From: Eledone cirrhosa
Lineage: Eukaryota
Length of the DNA stretch: 64,000 nucleotides
Direction: 5' to 3'
Assembly (NCBI GenBank): GCA_964016885.1
Contig: OZ024741.1
Coordinates: forward strand, 15,872,001-15,936,000
Both the position numbers and the translations under genes were made by a program. Position 1 is the stretch's first letter, and each line of letters begins with the position of its first letter. The notes below the pieces were generated by a model. The model made no database searches and was not told the origin of the DNA. It saw only the letters and a list, made by a program, of their open reading frames with translations. Of this stretch, positions 31,751 to 45,785 are shown piece by piece.

Positions 31751-32854
31751 CCTGACGAAATAGAAGAGTCGTTAGAGCACCCAACAAAATGCCTTGTGGT
31801 GTTTACGAGTGTCGGTTGTAAAATGAAGGAGATATAAAGAAGAAACCTGTGAAATCTTGCATGACATTAATTTCAACTCTTCTTATTAATAACTGCATTG
31901 TTTTTTTCTATGTTGAAAAATAAACCTCATTTGGTCATTCCATGAGAGTATCTTGGTCAGCCTATGAACTTTCAGCCGATACTCGCATTCCGGCTCTCTG
32001 CATTCTAGATTCAAATCTTGCCGAGGTCAACTTCGCCTTTCATCCTTTCGAAAATAATTACTGGTTAATTAGTGGAATTATTAGAGGGTCGGACAGGATG
32101 CCTTGTGGTATCTGTTTCGACTCTTTAAGTTCCGACTTCAAATTCCACCTCTTATAACCGGCCTCTTCATGGAGGGAAAATGCATCTTTTGGGACCGGTG
32201 TAGGTGTTAACAATTTTCACCCTAATTTCATCTGTAGTTTCCTCTCACGCCATTTCTGACTCCTCTTCCCACAACTTCATTCCAGTTTTCCTCCACCTGG
32301 AGTTCTGGTCAAAACCAGACAAAAAACTGCATCATTAGATATTGTACCTTGCAACATTATAACCTAAATTCTTTACCGTTTAGTCAGAGAAGGAAGCTCA
32401 GCACTCGTAAGCCTTTAATTTTGTAGTTCCTCTATTTCCAGTAGGAGGAAGTGAAGAAATTATTCTCAAACCTGCGATCTTGTCCAAATGGTTGTAACGG
32501 AGAGTATTTTGCCAAAGACACCCATCTAATTCAGAGCTTTGCTTCCAATATTTCTAATGAAAAACAGTACCTATGGTTTTCAAATAATTTTGAAAATAAT
32601 CAAGATTTATATAACTTTCTAATTGCTGTTATTGTCTTTTTGGCAGTACATATACTAAATTTGGAACCATACAGGGAAGATGTGACATTTCAAGACGTTG
32701 CTTCAATATATATATATATATATGCAAAAGTTCTATTTAAAATTGTTGGGATACAACAAGTAAATATTTTTATAACTGATATAAAGCACTCGACAAGTAT
32801 TTGGAGTAGATATACGATATTAATAAATGGAAACTATATTTATTAAACCATATT

Positions 32855-32919
32855 TATTTCATTATACATATTTCAGGGATACCAAATTAAATTATGGTAT
32901 GCCTTCATCAGACAAAATA
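32855..32919 (-). ncRNA. Type I hammerhead ribozyme in the PLE 3' terminus (sense strand)
   Basis: Reverse complement TATTTTGT-CTGATGA-AGGCATACCA..TGGTATCCCT-GAAA-TATGTA-TA-ATGAAATA. Confidence 0.82.
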
Positions 32920-33529
32920 CAATATATAACAGTTTTACAAATAAGCTTTGACGTACCCTTTTAAAATGCTACCATTATTTTTGGAAGCCATCTGGATAGT
33001 GAATTGTTTATATTATTTTAATAAGTCTTAGTGTTAAGGACAATTAGAAAAAGAGGGAGAGAAAGAAAAAAAGACGGAGAGAGAGAAAAAAGAAAAAGAA
33101 AAAAGCGTGGAGAAATATCGGAGAGAGAGAAATGCATGGAGAAAAAAGGAAGAGATAAATAAAGACAGGAGGAAAGAAAGAAAAAAGAAAAAAGGAAGAA
33201 ATAAGAAAAACAGAGGAAAGCAACAGAGATATATCAGACAGATAGAAAGACTCAAGAGAGAGAAATAATATATAGAGAGAGGGGGAGATAATGAAAACTT
33301 TACGTCATGTCATATTAAGTTGAGTTAACAATTTATATGAAATGAATAATAAAAATATAAATATTAATATTCATGAATGGGACATAAATATATAATATGA
33401 GAAATTTAACAGTGTTTAATAATGATTATATGTTTAGTTTAAAAATTGAGATCAATATACTAAAATTTGAGTTTAAGCATCCAAAATGTACACATTGCTA
33501 GAGAAACCACTATCTTACGGCAAAGATAC

Positions 33530-33562
<33 letters not shown>

Positions 33563-34684
33563 CGCACATCCCGAAAACAGAAATTATATCTACTCAAGCC
33601 TACAATATAGACATACAAAACATAAGTGATTTCTCTTAATCACTGCTATACATTCCTTGTGTTATAAAAATCCACAGTATATATACATAAATATATACGA
33701 TTAACATTCATGCCTTCATATATACGATTACCATTCATGCATTTAACATTCTGTTAAAATTATGCATATCTGCAATCAAAACTGGGTGGGTAGGTATGCA
33801 CACACATAACTCTCACCCACACATATACATATACATATATATATATATACACATACACATATGTATAAATAAATATCTGCGTGCGTCTTCACCAATTGTT
33901 AGACCCGCTTCACTCATGTACACATACAGACAGATATACAATCATAAAAACACCTATAACACTTTTATATGCATGTTAATACACACACATACATATTTGT
34001 ATAGAGATAATCAAATATCAATATATTACTAAAGGATTATACTTTGGAAATATAATTATAACAATATAAATTTAAAATACCAAAGGATTATATTTTGGAA
34101 ATACAATTATATCAGTATAGTCTAAAGGACAAACGAATTATAGAAATATCAAAACGTTAAATATCTTTAAAACACTATAGAGTACCTTAAGTTAAAATAA
34201 TGTTTCATATATTTAGTATAGAAATTTATCCTACGTATATTTCAATCAAGATATTGAAAGGGTAGACTTATGAAAATTATGAGAAGCTATCAGAATCAAA
34301 ACAAACCTAATAAAAATAAATAAAAATAAAAATAAAATAAAAATAATAATAAAAATAAAAATTAAAATTAAAATTAAAATTAAAATTAAAATTAAAATAA
34401 AAATAAAAGTTAAATAAATATTATATCAATATAATTTAAAAATTTAAAAATTTAAGAAGTTTAAAAAGTTTAAAAATTTCTACAGATATCCTTATATTTA
34501 GTATAGAAATTTATCTTACGTATATTTTATTTAAGACATTGGAAGTATATACATTTTAGAGTAGTTTATTATATCTATGTTTATATTTAGGAAGAAAATT
34601 TAAAAAGAAAAAGGTGAAGGAATCTAATGATTTATCGACAGGTTTCATATATTAACTAAATTACTTAATTAATTATACTACATT

Positions 34685-35600
34685 TTAAATTTATATTTAT
34701 ATTTAAACGTTGAGTTCAATCTATGTCTGCAGCAACTGAATAAATTATTCCTTAAATTAAGGGAATTTTTGGACTTTAATATAAAGAATATTTCTTCAAT
34801 ACAAAGATCACAATTTTCTGAAGAGGAATTAAAAGGAGTAGCTTATGAAATAATATTCCAAGTCATCGAATATTTAACATTATCTCGTTTTAGGTCCCAT
34901 AGTAGGCTAGATAGCGAAGTGGAAGATTTTTTGTTTGGATCTGTGAAAGAATTTTTATGATTATTGAAGCGAAATTTAAATTCTGTAGAGGTAGAACCGA
35001 CATAGTTAAATGAATTTAAATTAGTTTTAACATTACAATTGTACACTACATTTTTAGCTAAGCAGTTGTTATTTAACGGACAGTTAGATTTATTTCTACA
35101 GTTACAGTTATTCAATTGAATATTGCTTGGGTTATTATTGGTATTTTGGTTAGGTTTTAAGTTTCTATTATTAATTCTATTAATAGGGCGGTGGATTGGC
35201 AGTATCGGTAGAGGGTCGGACGCCATGCTTTCCAGCATAGTTACGTCCCTTTACCATCTGAGTTCAAATCCCGCCGAGGTTGACTTTGCCTTTCATCCTT
35301 ACGGGGTCGATAAAATAAAGTACCAGTAATGCACTGGTAATTGCTGGCCTTGTGCCTAAAGTAGAAACAATTATTAATTCTATTAATATTTTGTGTTAAA
35401 TTGTTGGTGGACGAGTAAGTTAATTTTATAGTATGTCTATTAAAAATTGAGTAATATTTATGTATTCTAGGGAAGCGTTTGTCAAGAGCTTTAAAGAATA
35501 GTTTAGCAATAGGGGTTTTAATATTTAGTGAGAAAGGGGGAGCAAACCATAATATATTTCTAGTTCTATTTCTTTTTCGGCTTTTGGAATTATTGTAATG
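34685..35600 (-). pseudogene. PLE linker plus GIY-YIG endonuclease, SINE-interrupted, one in-frame stop
   Basis: RTRNILWFAPPFSLNIKT..FPRIHKYYSIFNRHTIKLTYS | SINE | CNCRNKSNCPLNNNC..VVY..YVGST..FKFRFNNH..LWDLK..W..*..CDLCIEE..LNLR..CCRH. Confidence 0.9.
35186..35369 (+). mobile_element. Full-length family A SINE with 19-bp target-site duplication
   Basis: TSD ATTATTAATTCTATTAATA at 35167-35185 and 35370-35388. A/B-box-like head. Confidence 0.92.
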
Positions 35601-35915
35601 TTTTCTATTATAGTTGTTAAAGTTGTTACCATAATTAAAATTGTTATTATTTTGGTTAGTTTGCTTATTATTATTATTATCGATGTATTTAATTTTATTT
35701 CTATATCCAACTCTACCTAACGCTTCGTTGTAATACTGCGCTTTTTCATCAAATATATATTCTTTTTTTCTCTCCGTCTTTTTCTAATTGTCCTTAACAC
35801 TAAGACTTATTAAAATAATATAAACAATTCACTATCCAGATGGCTTCCAAAAATAATAGTCGCATTTTAAAAGGGTACGTCAAACAAAGCTTATTTGTAA
35901 AACTGTTATATATTG

Positions 35916-35980
35916 TATTTTGTCTGATGAAGGCATACCATAATTTAATTTGGTATCCCTGAAATATGTATAATGAAATA
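35916..35980 (+). ncRNA. Hammerhead ribozyme in the inverted PLE terminal copy
   Basis: Mirror of 32855-32919. Confidence 0.82.
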
Positions 35981-36019
35981 AATATGGTTTTATAAATATA
36001 GTTTCCATTTATTAATATC

Positions 36020-36072
<53 letters not shown>

Positions 36073-36078
<6 letters not shown>

Positions 36079-36386
36079 TGTAATAAACAACATAAGGCAA
36101 TTATTACATTTACCAGTGGTTTCTTAAAAGCAAACAAATTTTGCTTTCAATCATCAGAATGAAAAAATCCTGGTGTATTTATTGACATAGGTTTTTAAAA
36201 ACCTATGTCAATAAATACACCAGGATTTTTTCATTCTGACGATTGAAAGCAAACTTTGTTTTCTTTTAAGAAACCACTGGTAAATGAAATAATTGCCTTA
36301 TGTTGTTTATTACATAACTATTAAGCTCTGTTACCTGCATAGAGCACTCTTTTTTCCTGGACCTTTCCGATAGAATTACTTCATTT
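36073..36386 (+). mobile_element. Palindromic insert (arms 36073-36320, no spacer) with HHR on both strands and a tail
   Basis: HHR 36229-36289: TTTCATT-CTGACGA-TTGAAAG..CTTTTAA-GAAA-CCACTGG-TA-AATGAAA. (TA)n flanks. Confidence 0.85.
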
Positions 36387-36526
<140 letters not shown>

Positions 36527-36589
36527 ATATATATATTTATTAAAATAACATATATATATATATATATATGAACGTATATATATATAGAA

Positions 36590-36772
36590 TCATTAGAACA
36601 TCTGACTGATAAAATGTCAGTCAATCATATTGGTGGCCTCCCCACAGCCCCGGCGGACAGAATGGCGAAGGCGTTTCCCCGAGGACGGTAAGGGCGACGC
36701 ACTGGAAAAGCCATTCCAGCTCGCGAGGCTCACACCTGAGGCTGGCCAGCTCACCGCCTATGGTGGTGAGTA
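36590..36772 (-). mobile_element. 3' fragment of an RLE non-LTR element, CRE-like
   Basis: Reverse-complement homologue of 62871-63055. ELEWLFQ..VLG region. Confidence 0.55.
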
Positions 36773-37184
36773 GGGAATATAACTTCCTTGTTATTAAGCT
36801 TTCTGACATAAAATGATGGAAAGTTTGTAGGTGAATATAAGCAATTTAACCTTTCCATTAATATATTTCTGAGATACGCTGGCTATAATTTTCAAATATT
36901 TTTTTAGAAAATCACGAATTTCAAGAGATTTAGTAAAATAACTAAATTAAACTGGCTTTGACGCATAACTTAACAAGGTCCTTGCATAAAATGATGGAAG
37001 ATTTTCAGATAATTATGATTTAAGTAAGCTAATCTGAGATTTTTATATATATGTACTTTTTGCTTCACTATATTGATATAATTATTGTATTACATGTTCC
37101 GGTCGACAGGCTGAGGCCATATTGGGGCACCGCCATTGTTGTCTATATTTATTTCTTCTTTATATCTCCTTCATCTAAGGATGG

Positions 37185-37346
37185 TGGGTTTTCAGAATCG
37201 GTAGAGCCCCAGATAAACTACCATTATGGTATTTTTCTGGCATTATACATTCTGAGTTCAAATCTCACCAAGGTTAACTCTGCCTTTCATCTTTATGATG
37301 TCAATAAAATAAAGTACCAGTAATGTACTGGGGTTGATTTAATCGA
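37185..37346 (+). mobile_element. Older family A-like SINE
   Basis: ctgagttcaaatc..aggttaactctgcctttcatc..aaataaagtaccag. Confidence 0.75.
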
Positions 37347-38043
37347 CATTATGTATTAAATATATCAAGAAAAACGCCCACCTAACAATTAATACGCATT
37401 TTACATGCTTACTTAATAGGTTTTCTTACAAAACTAGAAAAATAACAATTGATTTCGTTCAAGCCACGTCCATGTGTGTGTAAGTATATATATAGATGTG
37501 TGTATACGGGGGGGGGGGTTGTGAACGTCTGAATGTATTTTTAAGATGAGTTGGAGTGACAGCTTGTAACAGACAACCGGGTTTTTTTAAATAATAAGGG
37601 TGTCGGCTGTCATTTTCTTTATAAATAGTAGCTATTGTGTGTATTTTGTTGAAAACACCGTTAATGTTATTTTATAGCTCTGAGAATAAATATAAATAAC
37701 TATATATATATATGTGTGTGTTTGTGCGTAATTTAAACGAAATCTTATATATTTTCAGATATTTTAGTTGGATTTTAGCTTTAATATAGCCATCAAATAT
37801 GAGAAATTTGACCACAATAGTAATCGATGAAGATGCTATATCAATATTCAATATATTGATTTTTATTATTTTCTGTGTTTAATATAGACCATAGGACAAA
37901 AGCAGAGTGAAAGAAATAACTTATTCAGTCATGTACCACTAAAACACTAAAATACGTACACAGAAATAATTTCTAGAATAATTGTAAACTTTCATCTTAG
38001 TTGAAGAAATAAAACAAAAGCCGAGCGAGTAAAAGGGGCGATA

Positions 38044-38132
<89 letters not shown>

Positions 38133-38487
38133 TTGCAAGGTTTTTCATATGAAATGGTGTGTCGAAACAAATATTGTTATAATAAAATAAAAATGGCGTA
38201 AACAATACAATACAACACAATAGGAGGAAACATGATAATAGTACCACTGATGATGTTGCAGATGTGCAACGAAAGAACTTTGATAGACTATATATATATG
38301 TTGATATCTGTATTTTTAACCGTTGGTCAATCAATGATAAACATTGATTGCCAAATAAATTAACTATGGAGATATAAAAAATACAGAAGCGGAAACCAAC
38401 CAAACAGTGAGTGTGTTCTGTTATTATTTCTGGCAATATTATTACAACAATATGACTCTCCCCAAGTATAACAATATATATATATAT

Positions 38488-38597
38488 AAAAGAGTCGGGG
38501 CCCGACGGCTGAGCTCTTGCCGTTTACACCACTAGTTCTTACAGGAACTGGTTGTTGAAACGGCAAGACCTCAGCCGTCGGGCCCTGACTCTTTATA
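38488..38597. repeat. Palindrome containing an HHR 3' half
   Basis: GAAA-CGGC(aagacctca)GCCG-TC-GGGCCC, mirrored. Confidence 0.75.
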
Positions 38598-38764
38598 ATA
38601 TGACCATACTCTACTGTCCCAAGTATCTAGTACTCTGTTGAGTAATGGTCTAACTAGTTTTAAACTGGTTCTATTTTGATATATGTGTGTGGGGGGTGCT
38701 TGTGACTGTGAGCAGGTGTGTTTCGAAAAGCACGTGTATGTGCCTGAGTATTCCATGGTCATGT

Positions 38765-38843
<79 letters not shown>

Positions 38844-38929
38844 TGTATTATAGTTAAAACAGAAAACAAAAACAAAGCGAAGAGTGCAGTACAAAGTGTT
38901 AGTATTAGGTTCATGCTTCAGAGTGGGGT

Positions 38930-38970
38930 GGGGGACGACGTTTCGGGCATAAGCCCTTCATCAGAAGAAA
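38930..38970 (-). ncRNA. Compact PLE-type hammerhead core, stem I not pairing
   Basis: Reverse complement CTGATGA-A-GGGC(TTAT)GCCC-GAAA-CGTCG-TC. Confidence 0.65.
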
Positions 38971-39496
38971 AGTGGGAATGAAAAGATTTCCGAGGGTGTG
39001 AGGGGGAGTGGTGGAAATACATTAAAAGGGAGGAGGAAAGGGATAAAAAAATTAAAATGAAACAAGTGGTAAAAGGGTGTGATGCGTGTGGGGTGGGGTG
39101 GGTGGAGGGAGGGAGAGAGGGGAGAGGGAGGAAGGTGGTATGTGTGTATGTGTGTAGATGTACGTGTGTGTGTGTGTGTGTGTGTATGTGTGGATGTGAG
39201 TGTGAGAGTTTGGAGAAGAACGAAGTTCCATGTTCGGGTAATAGGAAAACCAGTGTGTACATAAGGCGGGGTGTGAGTCGGTGTGTGGAAGGAAAGGGGT
39301 GGGAGAGAGGGGTGGAGGAGAGGGGGATAGAGTGTGGGAGTGAGGGGTGGGGTAGAGGTGGCGTGTGGAGTCTGGAGGACGAGTGTTGGTATGTGAGGAT
39401 ACGCACGTGTGTGTGTGTGATTTTGTGTGGTGTGGATGTATGGTTGCGTGCGTGCGAAAATAGTGTAAGTGTTTCTGTGTGTGTGTGTGTTCCTGG

Positions 39497-39528
<32 letters not shown>

Positions 39529-39688
39529 AAATACATATATTGATGTATGTATATATCAGTATAAATGCTATATGTCTGTGAGATTGTGTTTGAAAAGAGA
39601 GGGGGGGGGGGACAGAAAGAAAGATTTTAAGAAAAAAATATTTCATTAGTTGAAATATGTGCAGAAAATATATTGAATATCTATACAA

Positions 39689-40107
39689 TACATATATGTC
39701 TATATAGTATATATTACTACATATATGTCTATATAGTATATATTACTACATATATGTCTATATAGTATATATTACTACATATATGTCTATATAGTATATA
39801 TTACTACATATATGTCTATATATTATATATTACTACATATATGTCTATATATTATATATTACTACATATATGTCTATATATTATATATTACTACATATAT
39901 GTCTATATAGTATATATTACTACATATATGTCTATATATTATATATTACTACATATATGTCTATATATTATATATTACTACATATATGTCTATATAGTAT
40001 ATATTACTACATATATGTCTATATATTATATATTACTACATATATGTCTATATATTATATATTACTACATATATGTCTATATATTATATATTACTACATA
40101 TATGTCT
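39689..40107. repeat. 29-bp minisatellite, ~14 copies
   Basis: TACTACATATATGTCTATATA(G/T)TATATAT. Confidence 0.95.
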
Positions 40108-40145
40108 GTGAAGGTGTAGCGAGTGAGTCAATATATAGATATGTT

Positions 40146-40220
<75 letters not shown>

Positions 40221-40308
40221 ATATATATACATTTATATAATCATATACATATATATAATTTATATACATATAAACATATATATATATAGGCATATAATAT
40301 ATATATAT

Positions 40309-40371
<63 letters not shown>

Positions 40372-40433
40372 CATTATATACTTATATATATATATAATAT
40401 TACATTACAAAGGGGATCATGTGATTGGTGTTT

Positions 40434-40464
<31 letters not shown>

Positions 40465-40869
40465 GGAGAGGGCTGTTACTTTAATATGGCAAAGTGTTCC
40501 ATTCTGAACAGTGTTTATTACAGCAGAGCTAACCTTTTGTCCACCTATACCAATAGAAAAGTTGACCCCATCCCTAAAGAACTTGCATCGTCTCTATGGT
40601 CAAATGTATTGTTTTATAGCTGAGAGGACAAGCTACATACTTGTAATAATATCGATAGTAATAACTGTGTATATATTTATGTTTATATTTATGTATATAT
40701 ATGTGTATATATTGGTATATTTGTGTATACGGGGAGATATGTATATATTATTGCAGTGTAAAAAATATTTACCACTCATACATATACGTATGAAAATAAG
40801 TATGAAATGATATATATATACATATATATTTCTAAACACACACATATATATATATGTGTGTGTTTATAA

Positions 40870-40907
<38 letters not shown>

Positions 40908-40913
40908 TTATAA

Positions 40914-40983
<70 letters not shown>

Positions 40984-41081
40984 TTGTGTTTATAAATATG
41001 TATATATATATACATATTTATAAACACACACATATATATATATGTATATATGTATGTGTGTATATATGATATATTTATATA

Positions 41082-41134
<53 letters not shown>

Positions 41135-41170
41135 GTAAATATTTATTTATCCATATACATATATACACAT

Positions 41171-41288
<118 letters not shown>

Positions 41289-41839
41289 GTAAATATTTAT
41301 TTATCCATATACATATATACACATACATGTATATATATATATATACATATTAAACATATAAAATATTTTACATATAAGCACACACACACAACACACACAC
41401 ACAAGGACATACACACACATAGCTGACCGTTCACCTCTCCACCTTCCAGTTACAAATCATTACATTTGTCTCCCCTTGTTCCACCAATCACGATCATTCC
41501 ACCAGTCGGCCATATAAGCTGTCAACGTTATTTTACAAGAGATCATCTTATTTAGCAACACTATATCCTATTATTACATGTTATTTCATGCGCTATCTAA
41601 TAACTCACCATCCCCTCTCTCTTTCCCTACATGTGAGGACCTATACATAACTCACCATCCCCTCTCTCTTTCCCTACATGTGAGGACCTATACATAACTG
41701 GACTACTATTGTATATATATATATACGTGTGTGTATCAGTGTGTATAGTATGTATATATATGTATATCTGGATGTATGTGGGTATGTACGTATATAAATA
41801 TATAAGTGTATATATGAATATATACATATATATATATAT

Positions 41840-42001
41840 GAAAAAATATGACCCCGACGGCAGAGCTCAAGCCGTTTCGTCGAAACGGCTTGAGCTCTGC
41901 CGTCGGGGTTATACTTTTTCCTATTTCCCACTCTACTACCCTAAGTATTGAGTACTCTGGTGCGTTATGCTCCATCTGGTTCCTTACCACACTTCCTTTG
42001 T

Positions 42002-42002
<1 letters not shown>
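41840..42002 (+). mobile_element. Perfect hairpin (41851-41909) with HHR 3' half plus a conserved tail
   Basis: GAAA-CGGC(ttgagctct)GCCG-TC-GGGG. The tail gagtactctggtgcgttatg..ctggttccttaccac recurs at ~9015-9085, 45220-45260, 53500-53555, 53998-54075 and 63895-63975. Confidence 0.8.
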
Positions 42003-42099
<97 letters not shown>

Positions 42100-42193
42100 C
42101 GTTATTCCGGGTTGAATCGGAGGTAACCACAGTAAGTAAGGTACTCAATACATAGCAGAGTATAACAGTTTTAATATATATATATATATTCTT

Positions 42194-42285
<92 letters not shown>

Positions 42286-42308
42286 TTATACATATATATA
42301 TATATATA

Positions 42309-42349
<41 letters not shown>

Positions 42350-42375
42350 TTATATACAAACATATATATATACAT

Positions 42376-42497
<122 letters not shown>

Positions 42498-42560
42498 GTA
42501 TATATATGTATATACATATATATATATGTGTATATCTGTGTATATATGTGTATATGTATA

Positions 42561-42592
<32 letters not shown>

Positions 42593-42630
42593 AATATATA
42601 TATGCATATATATTTGTGTGTATAAATAAA

Positions 42631-42667
<37 letters not shown>

Positions 42668-42764
42668 TTATTAAAATAACAGATTAAAGTTTAAGCAAAG
42701 AATCGCTGCTTTCACCCTTATCGAGCCCTCTTTGGATTTTAGTCTTCAATTTTATTATTATTAC

Positions 42765-42799
<35 letters not shown>

Positions 42800-42804
<5 letters not shown>

Positions 42805-42994
42805 TTATTTTATAGAAGGAGCTTCTACAGGACTAGTACTGTTTCATTCAGATGAAAGCTTCCTGAAGATTTCATCTGAATGAAACAGTACTAGTCCTGT
42901 AGAAGCTCCTTCTATAAAATAAAAAAATTTTACTCTGCCATGTATTGAGTACCTTACTTACTGTGGTTATCCCCGACTCAACCCGGGACCTACG
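42800..42994 (+). mobile_element. Palindromic insert (arms 42800-42927) with HHR-like core and tail
   Basis: CTGAAGA(42863)-TTTCATCTGAAT-GAAA-CAGTACTAG-TC. The tail gtattgagtaccttacttactgtggtta recurs at ~9750, 42100-42170 (minus) and 45655-45715. Confidence 0.75.
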
Positions 42995-43019
42995 TATATA
43001 TATATATATATATATATAT

Positions 43020-43439
43020 AAATGTAGGAGGTGAGTTTTATTGTAGTACAATAAAGCAATGCAGATATCGGATAAGAAGCACTCTACAGTTTGTGGGACT
43101 GGAGTATGCATAATATAAGATCAAAAGATGGTTAAAGGAGTTCAATATATTTTATTATGCGCATTTCAAAAACAAACATCATCAAACAATAATATTTGTG
43201 TTTTCATCAGATAAAACAGGAGAACATGATATGAAGGCTAAAAAAACACTTGTTGATAGTGCAGTTTTAAATCAACATATGTTGATTTAAAACTGCACTA
43301 TCAACAAGTGTTTTTTTAGCCTTCATATCATGCTCTCCTGTTTTATCTGATGAAAACACAAATATTATTGTTTGATGATGTTTGTTTTTGAAATGCGCAT
43401 AATAAAATATATTGAACTCCTTTAACCATCTTTTGATCT

Positions 43440-43446
<7 letters not shown>
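43020..43446 (-). mobile_element. 336-bp near-perfect palindrome (43111-43446) with HHR on both strands
   Basis: HHR 43341-43407: TTTTAT-CTGATGA-AAACA..TGTTTTT-GAAA-TGCGCA-TA-ATAAAA, mirrored at 43150-43216. Confidence 0.87.
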
Positions 43447-43513
<67 letters not shown>

Positions 43514-43516
43514 AAG

Positions 43517-43587
<71 letters not shown>

Positions 43588-43619
43588 AAGTATATATATA
43601 TATATATATATATGTATAA

Positions 43620-43667
<48 letters not shown>

Positions 43668-43693
43668 AAGTATATATATATATATATGTATAA

Positions 43694-43797
<104 letters not shown>

Positions 43798-43941
43798 GTA
43801 TAAGAATATATATATAATCTGAGTTTTTCGAATATTGATAATAATATTCGATTCGTTTGCAATTATGCAAACAACCCTCATTTTTAATGCCCTATCAGTA
43901 GAATGAGCCCCTTATTCTTGCTCTTGTGTTGGCATGTATTT

Positions 43942-44685
<744 letters not shown>

Positions 44686-44688
<3 letters not shown>

Positions 44689-44900
44689 TATACAATGATA
44701 TTAAATAAATGGAAACTATATTTATAAAACCATATTTATTTTATATATTTATTTTAAATATGGTTTTATAAATATAGTTTCCATTTATTTAATATCATTG
44801 AATATTTACTCCAGTAAACTGTTGAGTGCTCTAAATCAGTTATAAACATTTATGTTTGTTGGACTTCCAACAAATTAAATACAACTTCTACTTATATTAC
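44686..44900 (+). mobile_element. Very short palindromic remnant of the 32723-36022 PLE family plus tail
   Basis: aaatatggttttataaatatagtttccatttat and the tail match the reverse complement of 32723-32860. Confidence 0.8.
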
Positions 44901-44910
44901 ATATATATAT

Positions 44911-45031
44911 GATTACGGCCATATCACGCTGAAATCACCGGTTCTCGTCCGATCACCGAAGTTAAGCAACGTAGAGCCTAGTTCGTACTTAGATGGGTGA
45001 CCGCTTGGGGAACCCTAGGTGCTGTAAGCGT
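44911..45031 (+). rRNA. 5S rRNA copy, probably a retro-pseudogene or SINE head
   Basis: GATTACGGCCATATCACGCTGAAA..CTCGTCCGATCACCGAAGTTAAGC..GTACTTAGATGGGTGACCGCTTGGG..GGTGCTGTAAGC, ~120 nt, with terminal helix pairing. Solitary copy. Confidence 0.92.
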
Positions 45032-45131
45032 TTACTTTTTCAAGTGGGGTACCCCAGCATGGCCTCAGCCAGATGACTGGAACAGGTAAAAGAGTAAAAG
45101 AGGATATATGTGTGCGTGTTTGTGTGTGTAT

Positions 45132-45165
<34 letters not shown>

Positions 45166-45264
45166 AGTGTGTGTGTGAGAGTATTATATATGTGTAGGTG
45201 TATATAGGAAAAAGTAAAAAAGTATGGTCCATCTGGTTCCTTACCACAATCCTTTGTGTAGGTG

Positions 45265-45297
<33 letters not shown>

Positions 45298-45587
45298 GTA
45301 TATATTTCTTCTTTTCCAACAGCTCATGTAATTTTATATCGATTCCTTCCTTTTTCTCCCATTTTCTCCCATTTTCTGAGAGATTCCATCTCACCTACAC
45401 AAAAGAGTGTGATATACACATGTATGTATATTTAGTTTTATATTTAGTTTTATGTATATATATATGTCTGTACGTGTAGCCTGCATCCTCACATGAGTAC
45501 ATCCATTCTCTACTCTCTCTCTCTCTTTCTTTTGTTAGACACACACATAAACCCATACTTATATATGTACATTCATATATATCTATG

Positions 45588-45656
<69 letters not shown>

Positions 45657-45712
45657 TCTGCTGTATTGAGTACCTTACCTACTGTGGTTACCCCCGTTTG
45701 AACCCGTGATAC

Positions 45713-45785
<73 letters not shown>

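Larger units (their letters stand above)
32723..36022 (-). mobile_element. 5'-truncated Penelope-like retroelement (C-terminal GIY-YIG) with an inverted copy of its 3' end
   Basis: Endonuclease ORF remnant on minus, ~260-bp inverted repeats (32812-33075 and 35760-36022) each with an HHR, and (TA)n on both sides. Confidence 0.88.

Noticed and set aside
34843-34845. Recoded stop (selenocysteine) in the PLE endonuclease
   Set aside because: The codon is TAA, not TGA, and is not at a Cys position. It is more simply a nonsense mutation.
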